Shown here: one piece after another, positions 40,966 through 49,883 of the stretch
Position numbering within the stretch: position 1 is the first letter of the stretch
Layout: every line of letters starts with the position of its first letter
Source: an uncultured Verrucomicrobiae bacterium
Lineage (GTDB): Bacteria > Verrucomicrobiota > Verrucomicrobiia > Limisphaerales > Palsa-1400
Length of the DNA: 64,000 nt
Reading direction: 5' to 3'
Assembly (NCBI GenBank): GCA_963702845.1
Contig: OY969763.1
Location: forward strand, 4,704,001 to 4,768,000
The notes under the pieces: generated by a model
The model's database searches: none
Seen by the model: the letters and a program-made list of their open reading frames with translations, nothing else
Told to the model about the DNA's origin: nothing
Program-made: the position numbers and the translations under genes

Positions 40966-42129
40966 ATGCTGCACCGTTTTTCAAAATTAAGTGGCTGGAT
41001 TGGAATTGTTCTGTTGGCGTTTGCGGGTGAATCCGTTTGCGCTCGTCCGCAAGCACCCCACGAAATCAAATCCTACAATATTGATTTCAACTGGGGCCCT
41101 GGCGGCCCCAACGCCTTCCCCAATCCTGGCCTGTGGGCGGATGCTGACCCGGCGGCGCATGTCGCTTGGTATAAAAGCATCGGCTGCAACGTCATTCAGA
41201 CCTTCTGCGTCTCTTGCAACGGCTATGCCTGGTACAAGAAAGGCGTCGTGCCTGAACAACCTGGCCTGAAGCATGATTTCCTGCCCGAAATGGTCAAGCT
41301 GGCACACCGGCAAAACATGCTGGTCATGGGTTACTTCTGCGCTGGCTCCAACACTCGCTGGGGCCAAATGCATCCCGACCTGAGTTACGGTTTTCCTTCC
41401 GAACCGCACATTCCTTTCACCGACGAATACCTCGCCTATCTCGACAGCGCCATCCGTGACGCCGTGAAAAAGACCGGCATCGACGGTTTCATGATGGATT
41501 GGCTGCGCATGCCCACCAGCCGAAAGAGCAACCACGACCATTGGCTGGACTGCGAGAAAAAGCTTTATGCGCAACTGATGGGCACGGCCTTCCCCGGCGA
41601 GACCAACATCACCCAGGTCCAAATGACCGAATACGGACGCAAAGCCGTCGATCGTTGTTGGCAAACCATTCGCAAAGCCGCCAGGGAAACCAATCCTCGC
41701 TGTCTGGTCTGGCTGACCTGCTGCGACATCAACGATCCGGACATCGCCAACTCCCGAGCGCTGAAAGAGACCGACTGGCTGCTCAACGAAGCGGGCGACT
41801 CTGCGCGCACCGAGGCCGCACAGAAAATGATCGGTCCGCGCACGCGGCTTATCACCTGCCTTGCGTTGTGGAATAAACAGGATGCGAACCTCATCGTTCC
41901 GGCGGCGAGAAAAGCCGGCATCGGCCTGTTTGGCTTCACCAAACCCACCCAAGGCAATCTGAAACCGCCGGCTTCCTTCTATCTCCAAAAACCGACGCAG
42001 TCCTTTCAAGGTGACGACCTCAACATCGCCGTTCTGGCGCGCACCTATTTGGGACTGCCGCAGGATTTTGTCCAGCCAGCAACCGAAACCCCGGTGCCAA
42101 AGCCAAACCCAGGAGCCGATCCGCGATGA
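40966..42129 (+). CDS. Secreted glycoside-hydrolase-like protein (fucosidase/GHL6-like TIM barrel)
   Basis: Signal peptide; GYAWY, DFLPEMVKLAH...VMGYF, GIDGFMMD. Confidence 0.5.
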   Translation: MLHRFSKLSGWIGIVLLAFAGESVCARPQAPHEIKSYNIDFNWGPGGPNAFPNPGLWADADPAAHVAWYKSIGCNVIQTFCVSCNGYAWYKKGVVPEQPGLKHDFLPEMVKLAHRQNMLVMGYFCAGSNTRWGQMHPDLSYGFPSEPHIPFTDEYLAYLDSAIRDAVKKTGIDGFMMDWLRMPTSRKSNHDHWLDCEKKLYAQLMGTAFPGETNITQVQMTEYGRKAVDRCWQTIRKAARETNPRCLVWLTCCDINDPDIANSRALKETDWLLNEAGDSARTEAAQKMIGPRTRLITCLALWNKQDANLIVPAARKAGIGLFGFTKPTQGNLKPPASFYLQKPTQSFQGDDLNIAVLARTYLGLPQDFVQPATETPVPKPNPGADPR

Positions 42130-42157
42130 GGCGCATCGTTCCCCTGACATAGCTCGC

Positions 42158-42289
42158 CGTAGCGCAGGTTTCCAAACCTGCTGTATCGCCGACTTCCAAG
42201 TCGGCAGGCGTAACCGAACCCGTGCAGGTTTGGAAAGCCGAACGTCGGCCTCGCCGTGCGATACAGCAGACTTGGAAGTCTGCGCTACG
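42158..42289. repeat. REP family A, inverted pair (42158-42208 and 42224-42289)
   Basis: CGTAGCGCAGGTTTCCAAACCTGC... and inverted ...GCAGACTTGGAAGTCTGCGCTACG; second copy interrupted by an 18-bp element. Confidence 0.85.
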
Positions 42290-42675
42290 AAAAAAAGCGG
42301 CAAAAAGTTACCGCGACTGGGTGTTACTGGGCGCGACTAGGCGTGACAAGTTGGAGTGCAGTCGCACCCCGGTCGCGGTAGCAGTCGCAGTCAGTCGCAC
42401 TCGCCTTTTTTGTGGCGGTCCATCGCCAGCTTGATTTGCTGGTGTGGAGGCTGAGTTACTATTTTCAGCACGATAACTACTATGGGGCGAACACCCCATA
42501 TCGCAGTTTGGATTTCTCCCTAGAGTTCTATGCGTAACCAAAAGCAATGACTCTGGACTGTCTAAACCGCCGCACGCCGCCGCCGCATCGCAATTGAGAC
42601 TGCAGTGCAATATTTCGGCGGCCGACGACGAAGCGAATGCAGTTCTGGAACAAAACAACAAATTGGAAAACCATT

Positions 42676-43500
42676 ATGCTGCATACTCAAAACATACTCA
42701 AAAAACATCTAAGGATAGTCTTTATCGTCGCCGGGGCGCTCTTTGCGCACCATAACGCGATTGCAATTCCGACTGTAGACCTTGGGTCCGCCTCTGGTTT
42801 TGCCGTCCTGGCTGGCTCTGCAATTACAATAGCTGGCCCTGTCAATTCGACCACCATAACTGGAGATATCGGTTCCTATCCAACCGCCTCCATCAGCGGC
42901 ACTGGAAACCTTGTCCTAAACGGGGTAAACCACGGAGGCGATGCGGTCACTCAGAACGCCAAAAACGATCTAACCGCTGCGTATGTCAATGCTGCCTCAC
43001 GGACGCCGACTACCACTTACGCTCCGATATTTGATCTCGGCGGATCAACACTATCATCCGGTATTTACTTCGACCCCTCGTCATTCGGGCTTACAGGGAT
43101 ATTGACGCTGGACGGCCACGGCGATGCTAATTCAGTGTTTATTTTCCAAACCGTTTCTGCTCTTACCACCGCTTCGAGCAGCCAGATCAATCTGATTAAT
43201 GGCGCGCAGTCCTGCCACGTTTTTTGGGCGATTGGCAGTTCGGCAACGCTCGGAACGGACTCTGCCTTTGTGGGAAATATCTTAGCTTTAACATCCATTA
43301 CCCTGGATACAGGTGCGACATTGGATGGCCGGGCGCTGGCGCAGAATGGTGCTGTCACCCTTGACAACAACGTTATTACAAAATCCGATTGTTTGGATAC
43401 TCCATCTACATCTGTGCCGGATACAGGAAGTACAGCGTTGCTGCTCGGTCTCGGAGTGGTGCCGCTGTTTGCTTTCAGGCGCTCGATACGTTCCGTGTGA
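42676..43500 (+). CDS. Ice-binding-like protein (DUF3494) with VPDSG/PEP-CTERM-type sorting tail
   Basis: FAVLAGSAIT, LTLDGHGDANSVFIFQ, VFWAIGSSATLG, GRALAQNGAVTLD; VPDTGST, TM and RR tail. Confidence 0.88.
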   Translation: MLHTQNILKKHLRIVFIVAGALFAHHNAIAIPTVDLGSASGFAVLAGSAITIAGPVNSTTITGDIGSYPTASISGTGNLVLNGVNHGGDAVTQNAKNDLTAAYVNAASRTPTTTYAPIFDLGGSTLSSGIYFDPSSFGLTGILTLDGHGDANSVFIFQTVSALTTASSSQINLINGAQSCHVFWAIGSSATLGTDSAFVGNILALTSITLDTGATLDGRALAQNGAVTLDNNVITKSDCLDTPSTSVPDTGSTALLLGLGVVPLFAFRRSIRSV

Positions 43501-43515
43501 GTCCGTGCCGCCGTG

Positions 43516-44124
43516 CTAATCCGTGTGCGCCCTCCTCATCGAGGTGCGCACGCGGTACAGCCTCTCCGTAAATCCACCTTCTTTTTCAAAAGCACTCGCC
43601 TGCGCCTTCAGTTGTTTATCCAACAACCAGCAACACAGATTCAGCAAAGACAGGGCCCCATTCGCCGCCAACTCACACGAAGACACAGACACACACCGAC
43701 TCTCACGGACCTTCGCCGACGCAGACCGACGCCGCTCATCAGTGATCCACTCTCGAAACTGCTTCAACGTCGCACACCTTGTCGCCTTAAACCTTTTCAA
43801 GACTGGATCATCCACAGCCAGAATCTTAAATCCGCGTTGCCGCAAAAAATCTTCATAATCCAGCCGCAACTCTTCGAGACTTGCGCGCGCCACATTCGTG
43901 AGCCTCAGTTCCGTTTTCTTCGAAGTTCCCGAAGCTTGGCTACCCTCTGCAATATTCTGCACGCCGCTTCGCGCCGCCTGAACCATTTGGTCCCTCGTGC
44001 GACTTTTCAATTCCACATAACGTTCACAAAACCGCACCGTCACGTCATAAATGAGCTGCCCGAGTTGAAACGTTTTGAGCTTTCGATACCCGCCGTGTTC
44101 CGGAATCAATTCCTCACGATTCAT
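43516..44124 (-). CDS. Four helix bundle protein (23S rRNA IVP/Avd-like family) with four-helix-bundle suffix domain
   Basis: GGYRKL, DQMVQAARSGVQNIAEG, VARASLEELRLDYEDFL, FEKEGGFTERLY. Confidence 0.88.
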   Translation of the reverse strand: MNREELIPEHGGYRKLKTFQLGQLIYDVTVRFCERYVELKSRTRDQMVQAARSGVQNIAEGSQASGTSKKTELRLTNVARASLEELRLDYEDFLRQRGFKILAVDDPVLKRFKATRCATLKQFREWITDERRRSASAKVRESRCVSVSSCELAANGALSLLNLCCWLLDKQLKAQASAFEKEGGFTERLYRVRTSMRRAHTD

Positions 44125-44204
44125 CAACACCGATTAACAGCTATCCTGCGTCCTCCTGTCAACCACAGCATTTGAGCACAGCCGTCGTCCCTCTCTCATT
44201 TCGC

Positions 44205-44270
44205 GTTCGTCCATGGGTGTCCGTGCAGGTCTGTGTGAGTCCGTGTGAGTCCGTGAAAGTCCGTGTCCCC
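44205..44270. repeat. Tandem ~10-bp GTCCGTGTGA-type array; related arrays at 43491-43528, 43675-43711 (inverted) and 44504-44549
   Basis: GTCCGTGCAG GTCTGTGTGA GTCCGTGTGA GTCCGTGAAA GTCCGTGT. Confidence 0.8.
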
Positions 44271-44410
44271 ATCGCATGCTCGGCCGTCGCAGCAACCCAG
44301 CCGCCCGCAACCTCGCCGTCATCGTCCGCACCATCGGCCACGATCTAAAACTAAAACCCCAAATCAAAACCTCCACCTCTCATTTACCCCGCGGTTTCAA
44401 CCCGGGGTAA
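44270..44410 (+). pseudogene. C-terminal remnant of an HTH addiction-module antitoxin/regulator
   Basis: Hand translation HRMLGRRSNPAARNLAVIVRTIGHDL resembles the SL.RML...GNP.A.NL..I tail of HTH antidote proteins; 5' part absent. Confidence 0.45.
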
Positions 44411-44652
44411 TGCGGCCAAACCCACAAACTACCCAACCGGTTCCAACGGTTTCCTCTGCCCTTTGTAATCTGCAATCTGTAATTTGTGATTTGCAGGCCT
44501 GTCGTCCGTGTGAGTCTGTGTTCGTCCGTGCAGGTCCGTGTGAGTCTGTTCTTCCCCGCCCCTGGCCCCCGATCGCTCCACCAAAAAAATCCTGAAAGGA
44601 TTAGAACCACTCAGCCCATGGTTGCGCGTTGCGCTACCCTGGGTAAAAACAT

Positions 44653-44692
44653 CCCAAACGAAGTTTCACGACAGCGCGACGACGGAGTTAAT
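44653..44692 (+). repeat. 40-bp direct repeat, copy 1
   Basis: CCCAAACGAAGTTTCACGACAGCGCGACGACGGAGTTAAT; 38/40 identical to 45817-45856. Confidence 0.9.
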
Positions 44693-44716
44693 GATTTTTT
44701 TCTCGGTCAATACGCC

Positions 44717-45620
44717 TCACTGGCGTGACGAAGTCGCATTGTGTCCGTCCTCTAGTTCATTGCCAGTAGTGAACTCGTCAAACCGTCCATTGCGATACAC
44801 GAAAAGCTTCCGGGTCAGACGATAAGACCCGCCAGTTGAAGCTTGTTTCACCATCAGCTTCATCTTCTCAATGCCCTGCGGATCCTGGCTTCCGGTCACC
44901 AACAATAAGTCACGAGTCGGAATGGCAACGACCCTGTCTCCTTTCACATCCATTTCAATGTTGGTCCAAACCGAATCGAGCACCAGCAGGCTGGCTTCGT
45001 AGTCTCCTCCCGCAGTAATTATGTAAAGACCGTTTGTCCCGTGGCGTTTAATCTCGGGAAGAAGGCGTTCAAGATTCGCGCAGGCAAGCGCTCTCAGATC
45101 GACCTCTCGATCTTCGCCAACTCCAAATCGCTCAATTCCAGATAACGAATGCTCTTCGGCGAATCCTGCACATAAAAAACCACGAGATCCGGGTTCAAGT
45201 CTTCGTAGACCCATTCTGGGGGCTTCTTTGCGCCGCGGCTGACAAATACCTGTCGAGTTTCCTCCAACCAGGCACGGTCTTTAATAACTGGCACAATCCG
45301 CGTGCGGTCCATTCCACCTCGGTTCGGATCGAAGCTCTCTAAGCCTGCCACGACGAATCGCTGTATCACGTCTGCCTTTGATTTGGGATCCTGCTTGTAC
45401 AGGTCATAAGCGTTGTTCAGGAACGACGTTGAGCCGTGCCCATCAGCAGACGTGACTCTGACTTCCAAGTCCCTTACGATGGCCAGCTTAAGTCCCGGGT
45501 TCGCTTTTCTGAGTGCATCGGCAAATTCGAGAGTGAACTGGTTTGGCATGATAATATCAGAGTGCGAGCAACCGGAAGATAATCCGAGCGCGGCAAGCAG
45601 GACCTGCACGATGCGTTTGA
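44717..45620 (-). CDS. DUF1444-like protein, frameshift near 45100; start uncertain
   Basis: IVPVIK..W, VVFYVQDSP..IRYL, A.ANL, GGDYEASLL, VAIPTRDLLLVTG across two ORFs. Confidence 0.65.
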
Positions 45621-45816
45621 TATATTTGCCCAAAATCTTTACCGAGAACTTTATGTTTCGTACCTCTGGTGTTGTTGTAAAAGCTATTTGGTCGGTTGTG
45701 CCCAAGCAACCGCAGAATATGCGCGAGTCCTTGCAAACACTCTGCCGCAACCATATTCCAAAATCCCGAAGGGATGACTGAAACTAGCCCGGCGTTTTAA
45801 CGCCGGCTACAAGTAA

Positions 45817-45856
45817 CCCAAACGAAGTTTCACGAAAGCGCGACGAAGGAGTTAAT
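45817..45856 (+). repeat. 40-bp direct repeat, copy 2
   Basis: CCCAAACGAAGTTTCACGAAAGCGCGACGAAGGAGTTAAT. Confidence 0.9.
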
Positions 45857-45934
45857 AAATTCTGGTCGTGTGAGAGCGTGCTGGTCCGCATTCCCAAATT
45901 GCGCATTACAACCAACACGATGTAGCCTTTCCCC

Positions 45935-46885
45935 ATGAAGCTACCGGTAGAGGGGACGCCATTGCTACCACCAGATATCGCCGCTCCTGAAAAACAACTG
46001 CTCACATATCGCTCGCACCCGCGTCTATTCGCGATTCCGCCAACCGCAACGGCAGCAGAAGGAGAATTCGAGGGGCTCTATTTATGCGAGCGTCACGTTC
46101 ATCGCCACGGCGCAAACCTTCCACCCTACATCGGCGATTACACAATTTCCATCGAAGGCGGCGTTGAAAGCTCCGGTCAACTACTCGAGGTGGGATCCAA
46201 GCTCGGAGCGATGACCGCTGATTTAGACCGATTCTTTGTCTACGCATGCGGAGAACCGCTGCTTCCAGTTGGTTTCTCGTTTTCGTTCGATTCAACACCG
46301 AACGGATGGCAGTCGAATCGCGACGATCTCAAAGATTACTTCTTGCAGCATTGCACGAAAACAATCGCAGTCGTTCGTGTTACAAACCAGAAATGGATCT
46401 CAATGCCATATTTTCCGTTGCGTCCTGCCCTAGAAGCGAGAGACAGATTTAAATCGGCGGATACAATAACGGCGGCATTGGTCGACCTTCACTACGGTGC
46501 GCTCAAAGTGCCGATCGGCGAAGGAAGACTGTTTTCTTTGGCTCGAGGACTCGAACTTGCGCGAAAGGTAATCCCTGGCAACGATGACGACGCAAAAGAA
46601 AAGAACCTTGCGTTGCCGGTGGGCGCTCTTAAGCGATCTCTGCACTGGCTGTTTGATGTAGGCAATAACCGGTACAATACGCGGCACGTGGTGAAGCGAG
46701 GTGCCCCAGCTGCCGTTCTGCACCCGCGCATGACAGGCGAAGAGTTGACTGACTACCAATCGGACGCCGATTACGTCCTTCGTAAGCTGATATGCGACAG
46801 GCTTAAGATATTGTGTCCGAATCTACAGCCGGCTGGTCCAAGTATGGAAACGCAGCAATCCCAACACACCGAAGGTGCGTCGTAA
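45935..46885 (+). CDS. Hypothetical protein with possible C-terminal HEPN-like domain
   Basis: 316-aa ORF; LFSLARGLEL helix followed by RYNTRH (Rx4H). Confidence 0.55.
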   Translation: MKLPVEGTPLLPPDIAAPEKQLLTYRSHPRLFAIPPTATAAEGEFEGLYLCERHVHRHGANLPPYIGDYTISIEGGVESSGQLLEVGSKLGAMTADLDRFFVYACGEPLLPVGFSFSFDSTPNGWQSNRDDLKDYFLQHCTKTIAVVRVTNQKWISMPYFPLRPALEARDRFKSADTITAALVDLHYGALKVPIGEGRLFSLARGLELARKVIPGNDDDAKEKNLALPVGALKRSLHWLFDVGNNRYNTRHVVKRGAPAAVLHPRMTGEELTDYQSDADYVLRKLICDRLKILCPNLQPAGPSMETQQSQHTEGAS

Positions 46886-46905
46886 TATTTCCATCGACAA
46901 TCCTA

Positions 46906-47135
46906 TTAATGCCCGTTTGAGCTACCAATTTTCTGCGCTTCGGCCGGAATGATATAAACGGTCGTGAGAAGGTTCTCCACTACCTCGAACGCTGCGTATA
47001 ACCCATCCTCGGTATTCGCTTTGATTTCGTGGGCTGCTCCATTTCCTAGAACCCGTATTTGCTGCAAAATGTCGCGCCTTCGGCGGTGATGACACCTCGC
47101 TGTGTTAAGTCATTAATCCGTTGCTTGAGATCGTT
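46906..47135 (-). pseudogene. Truncated, frameshifted DUF4145 (HEPN-superfamily) remnant
   Basis: Hand translation DLKQRINDLTQRGVITAEG / DILQQIRVLGNGAAHEIK...VENLLTTVYIIP; no start found. Confidence 0.6.
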
Positions 47136-47242
47136 GCAGGTTGGTGGCGCCATTAACTGGGCCGCGTCGGCCCGATGACTTCAGCGCCCTCACTTCGAAA
47201 TCACAAAATATTTGGCGTCAGTCCTTGATGAGCCGTAAACAC

Positions 47243-47974
47243 CTACCAATACAAATTAGTCCGACTAGGTGCCGGATAATCCGACGGATTATCCCCAAGC
47301 ACCGGTGGGAAAGCAAAATACGCAACATGCCCGTCGCCAAAGAGCATGTTGAAACGACGCTGGCCTTTGTCGTTGTGCCACCACGTGCTTGAGTCGGTGC
47401 CAACGTCGTTCGATGGGAGCTCCCAATCCCAATCACCTTGGATAATTTTATTGCCCGGACTAGTCGCAATTTCACTCGCTTTGATGGGCACGGCCCCATC
47501 GGCATAAGACGGGTCTGAGTCCGCAGTGACATGTTGAACCATCCAGTCGTCCACGTCGTGTTGCGGGCAGTAACTATTTCCATAAGACACGAAACAGTTA
47601 TCCACCTGGTACCTGGCTTCGCCCCTGTCCGAGGGACAGCGCCAGGCCGTCGCAGCGGGTACATATCGATTCAAAACCCGGTTGGCATAGTCGTTGGTAG
47701 TGCCGAAAGCAGCGGCGACACCCGAATCAAGAGTATCGGCGCCCCGTTGGCCTCCAGCCGAAGCCCAACCGCGAATGCGGGGGTACCAATCACTATTATC
47801 GCTGACGTACATCTGCCAGCCCAAGCCGATCTGATGCTGGTTGCTGGTGCACTGCGCCAGTTGGGCCTTCTTTTTGGCCCGGCTCAGCACTGGCAGCAGC
47901 AACGCGGCCAGGATCGCGATAATGGCGATGACCACCAGCAACTCTATCAGCGTGAATGCCCGCCTCATTTTCAT
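47243..47974 (-). CDS. Prepilin-type N-methylation protein with H-X9-DG-type C-terminal motif (DUF1559-like)
   Basis: [35 protein letters not shown]. Confidence 0.88.
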   Translation of the reverse strand: MKMRRAFTLIELLVVIAIIAILAALLLPVLSRAKKKAQLAQCTSNQHQIGLGWQMYVSDNSDWYPRIRGWASAGGQRGADTLDSGVAAAFGTTNDYANRVLNRYVPAATAWRCPSDRGEARYQVDNCFVSYGNSYCPQHDVDDWMVQHVTADSDPSYADGAVPIKASEIATSPGNKIIQGDWDWELPSNDVGTDSSTWWHNDKGQRRFNMLFGDGHVAYFAFPPVLGDNPSDYPAPSRTNLYW

Positions 47975-47986
47975 GTCGTCCACTCG

Positions 47987-48409
47987 TTATATGTGCGCCG
48001 ATTGGGCGCAAACGCCGTGCATTCGCCTCTTCAACTCTTCAGCAACCCCCCGCGCATCCTTCGGCGTGATAAAAATCGTTTCGCAAGCAATCCGTCCCCT
48101 GATCGTAATCGCCAACCACTCACCCACCAACCGACTTTTATAAGAATAAACAGCAGGTCCGTAACGCAATAATGGCAGCAGTAAAACCACCTTGTACCAC
48201 GGCCACACCTCCACCGATGTCACGTCATCATAGCTGACCTTCCGCTTTCCCATTGCCAATGGGTTAGGAATTTCAAATCCATCGACCAAAAACTGAATAC
48301 CATCATAAACCAACTTTTCCGCTCCAGAGCCCTGGGCGACTTTTCTGAAACCCTTCAACACGAGGACTCCGACAATTCCGAAAAATAAAAGGACCAGAAA
48401 AATTTCCAT
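47987..48409 (-). CDS. Hypothetical membrane protein
   Basis: GAGGAG RBS, N-terminal TM, 140 aa, directly upstream of the prepilin gene. Confidence 0.55.
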   Translation of the reverse strand: MEIFLVLLFFGIVGVLVLKGFRKVAQGSGAEKLVYDGIQFLVDGFEIPNPLAMGKRKVSYDDVTSVEVWPWYKVVLLLPLLRYGPAVYSYKSRLVGEWLAITIRGRIACETIFITPKDARGVAEELKRRMHGVCAQSAHI

Positions 48410-49164
48410 GGCGTCTCCTCACTCAGTGCATCCGACGAATCTCGTGTGGATCGTTGGCCTTCATTTGCCGATGTTGCCTCTCCGAAGAACGCCACGCAAG
48501 TCCTCGCAAATCACTTTCCTAGTAAAAGCTTATTTCCGCTAAGAAGGTTGCCCCACCAAAACCCATAAACTCCTTCGATGATTGAGCCAGTAAAATCGGC
48601 AGCAATCCCTTCCCATCTGCGAAATCCCGTGATTCCTCTCTTTGTGCTCTCTGCGATCTTTGCGGTTAAATATTCTTCAACTTGCCGCAGCCGCGCGTTG
48701 GACGTTGGCCATTCGCCTCTCAAGTTTTGAGTTTTAAGTTTCCTCTCTGCGCCTTTGCTTCTTTGCGCCTTCGCGTTGAAAACCTCCTTCAACTTCCATG
48801 CCAACCACCTAAAAACGCACGATTTCGTCATAAAAAAGTGCTGTTTCTTTCCCTGATTTCCCTCCTTTCCCTACATTTTTTGACCAGTCGCTACTTCCTG
48901 CCATAATTCACCTACGCGGGTCGCTGGGACCGAATGGCCCCACGCGCAAGCGTGCCGCTGAGCAATAACGCTCGTCGGCCTGTCCTCCATAGCTTCACGC
49001 GAAGGAGGAAACATTAAAATGTACACTTATGCACAACGCTCGCACTTGTCATCACACCTTGGCGTCCTTCGCGCCCTTCGCGAGACAAGAAGGGAACCGG
49101 AACTTCCGGCCGAACCATTCCGAACCAAACCGAAGTAATCCGAACCATTCCGAAGATAAAAATT

Positions 49165-49881
49165 ATGAACACTGAAACCAGCACCCACCGCCGTAAAGGC
49201 CACATCGCCCGATTGCCGAAGGCCCTTCGCGACAAGGTCAACTCCATGCTCGATGATGGCGCGACCTACGGCGCGATCATCGAGGAACTAAACAAATCCA
49301 CCAACCCTCCCCTGCCCCATCCCGTCACCGAAGACAACGTGGGCACATGGAAAGAAGGCGGCTACCAGGATTATTTGCGCAACCAACAATACCTCGACGA
49401 AATTCGTCTGCGCCAATATCCATCCGAAGACTTCGCCCAGAACTTCGACGCCACATCCGTCGGCAACGCCACCATTCAACTCGGCATGCTCCACGTCTTC
49501 GAATCATTGCGCGCCCTCGGCTCAGGCAAACTCGACCTCAGCAACGATCCCATGGCCTTTGCCCGCGTCATGAACTCCGTCGCGCGCGCCAGCCGCGAAC
49601 TCATGCTCCTGCAAAAATATCAGGATGCCAACGCCCTCGCGCGGCTGAAACTCCAACCCCTTCTCGATCCAGAGCGCGAACTCACCGACAGCGAAACCAA
49701 AGCCATCGTCAGCCAGGTCGACAAAATCCTCGGCTTATCCGGCCCCTTACCTGACCTCGTTTCAATTGGTAGGGACGATCGCGCGGTTCGCGGAGCGAAC
49801 AACAAAACAATTTGTTCTAATGTCACGTCGTCCGTTCCGCCGTCGTCCGCTCTCAACACTCAACCATCAACCAACAACTAA
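49165..49881 (+). CDS. Mu gp27/DUF3486-like protein (putative small terminase subunit)
   Basis: RKGHIARLPKALRDKVNSML..G.TY..I...L N-terminus; directly upstream of a Mu-like large terminase. Confidence 0.65.
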   Translation: MNTETSTHRRKGHIARLPKALRDKVNSMLDDGATYGAIIEELNKSTNPPLPHPVTEDNVGTWKEGGYQDYLRNQQYLDEIRLRQYPSEDFAQNFDATSVGNATIQLGMLHVFESLRALGSGKLDLSNDPMAFARVMNSVARASRELMLLQKYQDANALARLKLQPLLDPERELTDSETKAIVSQVDKILGLSGPLPDLVSIGRDDRAVRGANNKTICSNVTSSVPPSSALNTQPSTNN

Positions 49882-49883
49882 TT

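Noticed and set aside
43516..44549. Diversity-generating retroelement (Avd-like gene plus repeats)
   Set aside because: No reverse transcriptase and no TR/VR pair with adenine-specific mismatches was seen in the window.
44205..45856. CRISPR array or integron attC array
   Set aside because: The repeats are tandem 10-mers or just two 40-mers 1.16 kb apart; there are no regular spacers, cas genes, integron integrase or complementary attC boxes.
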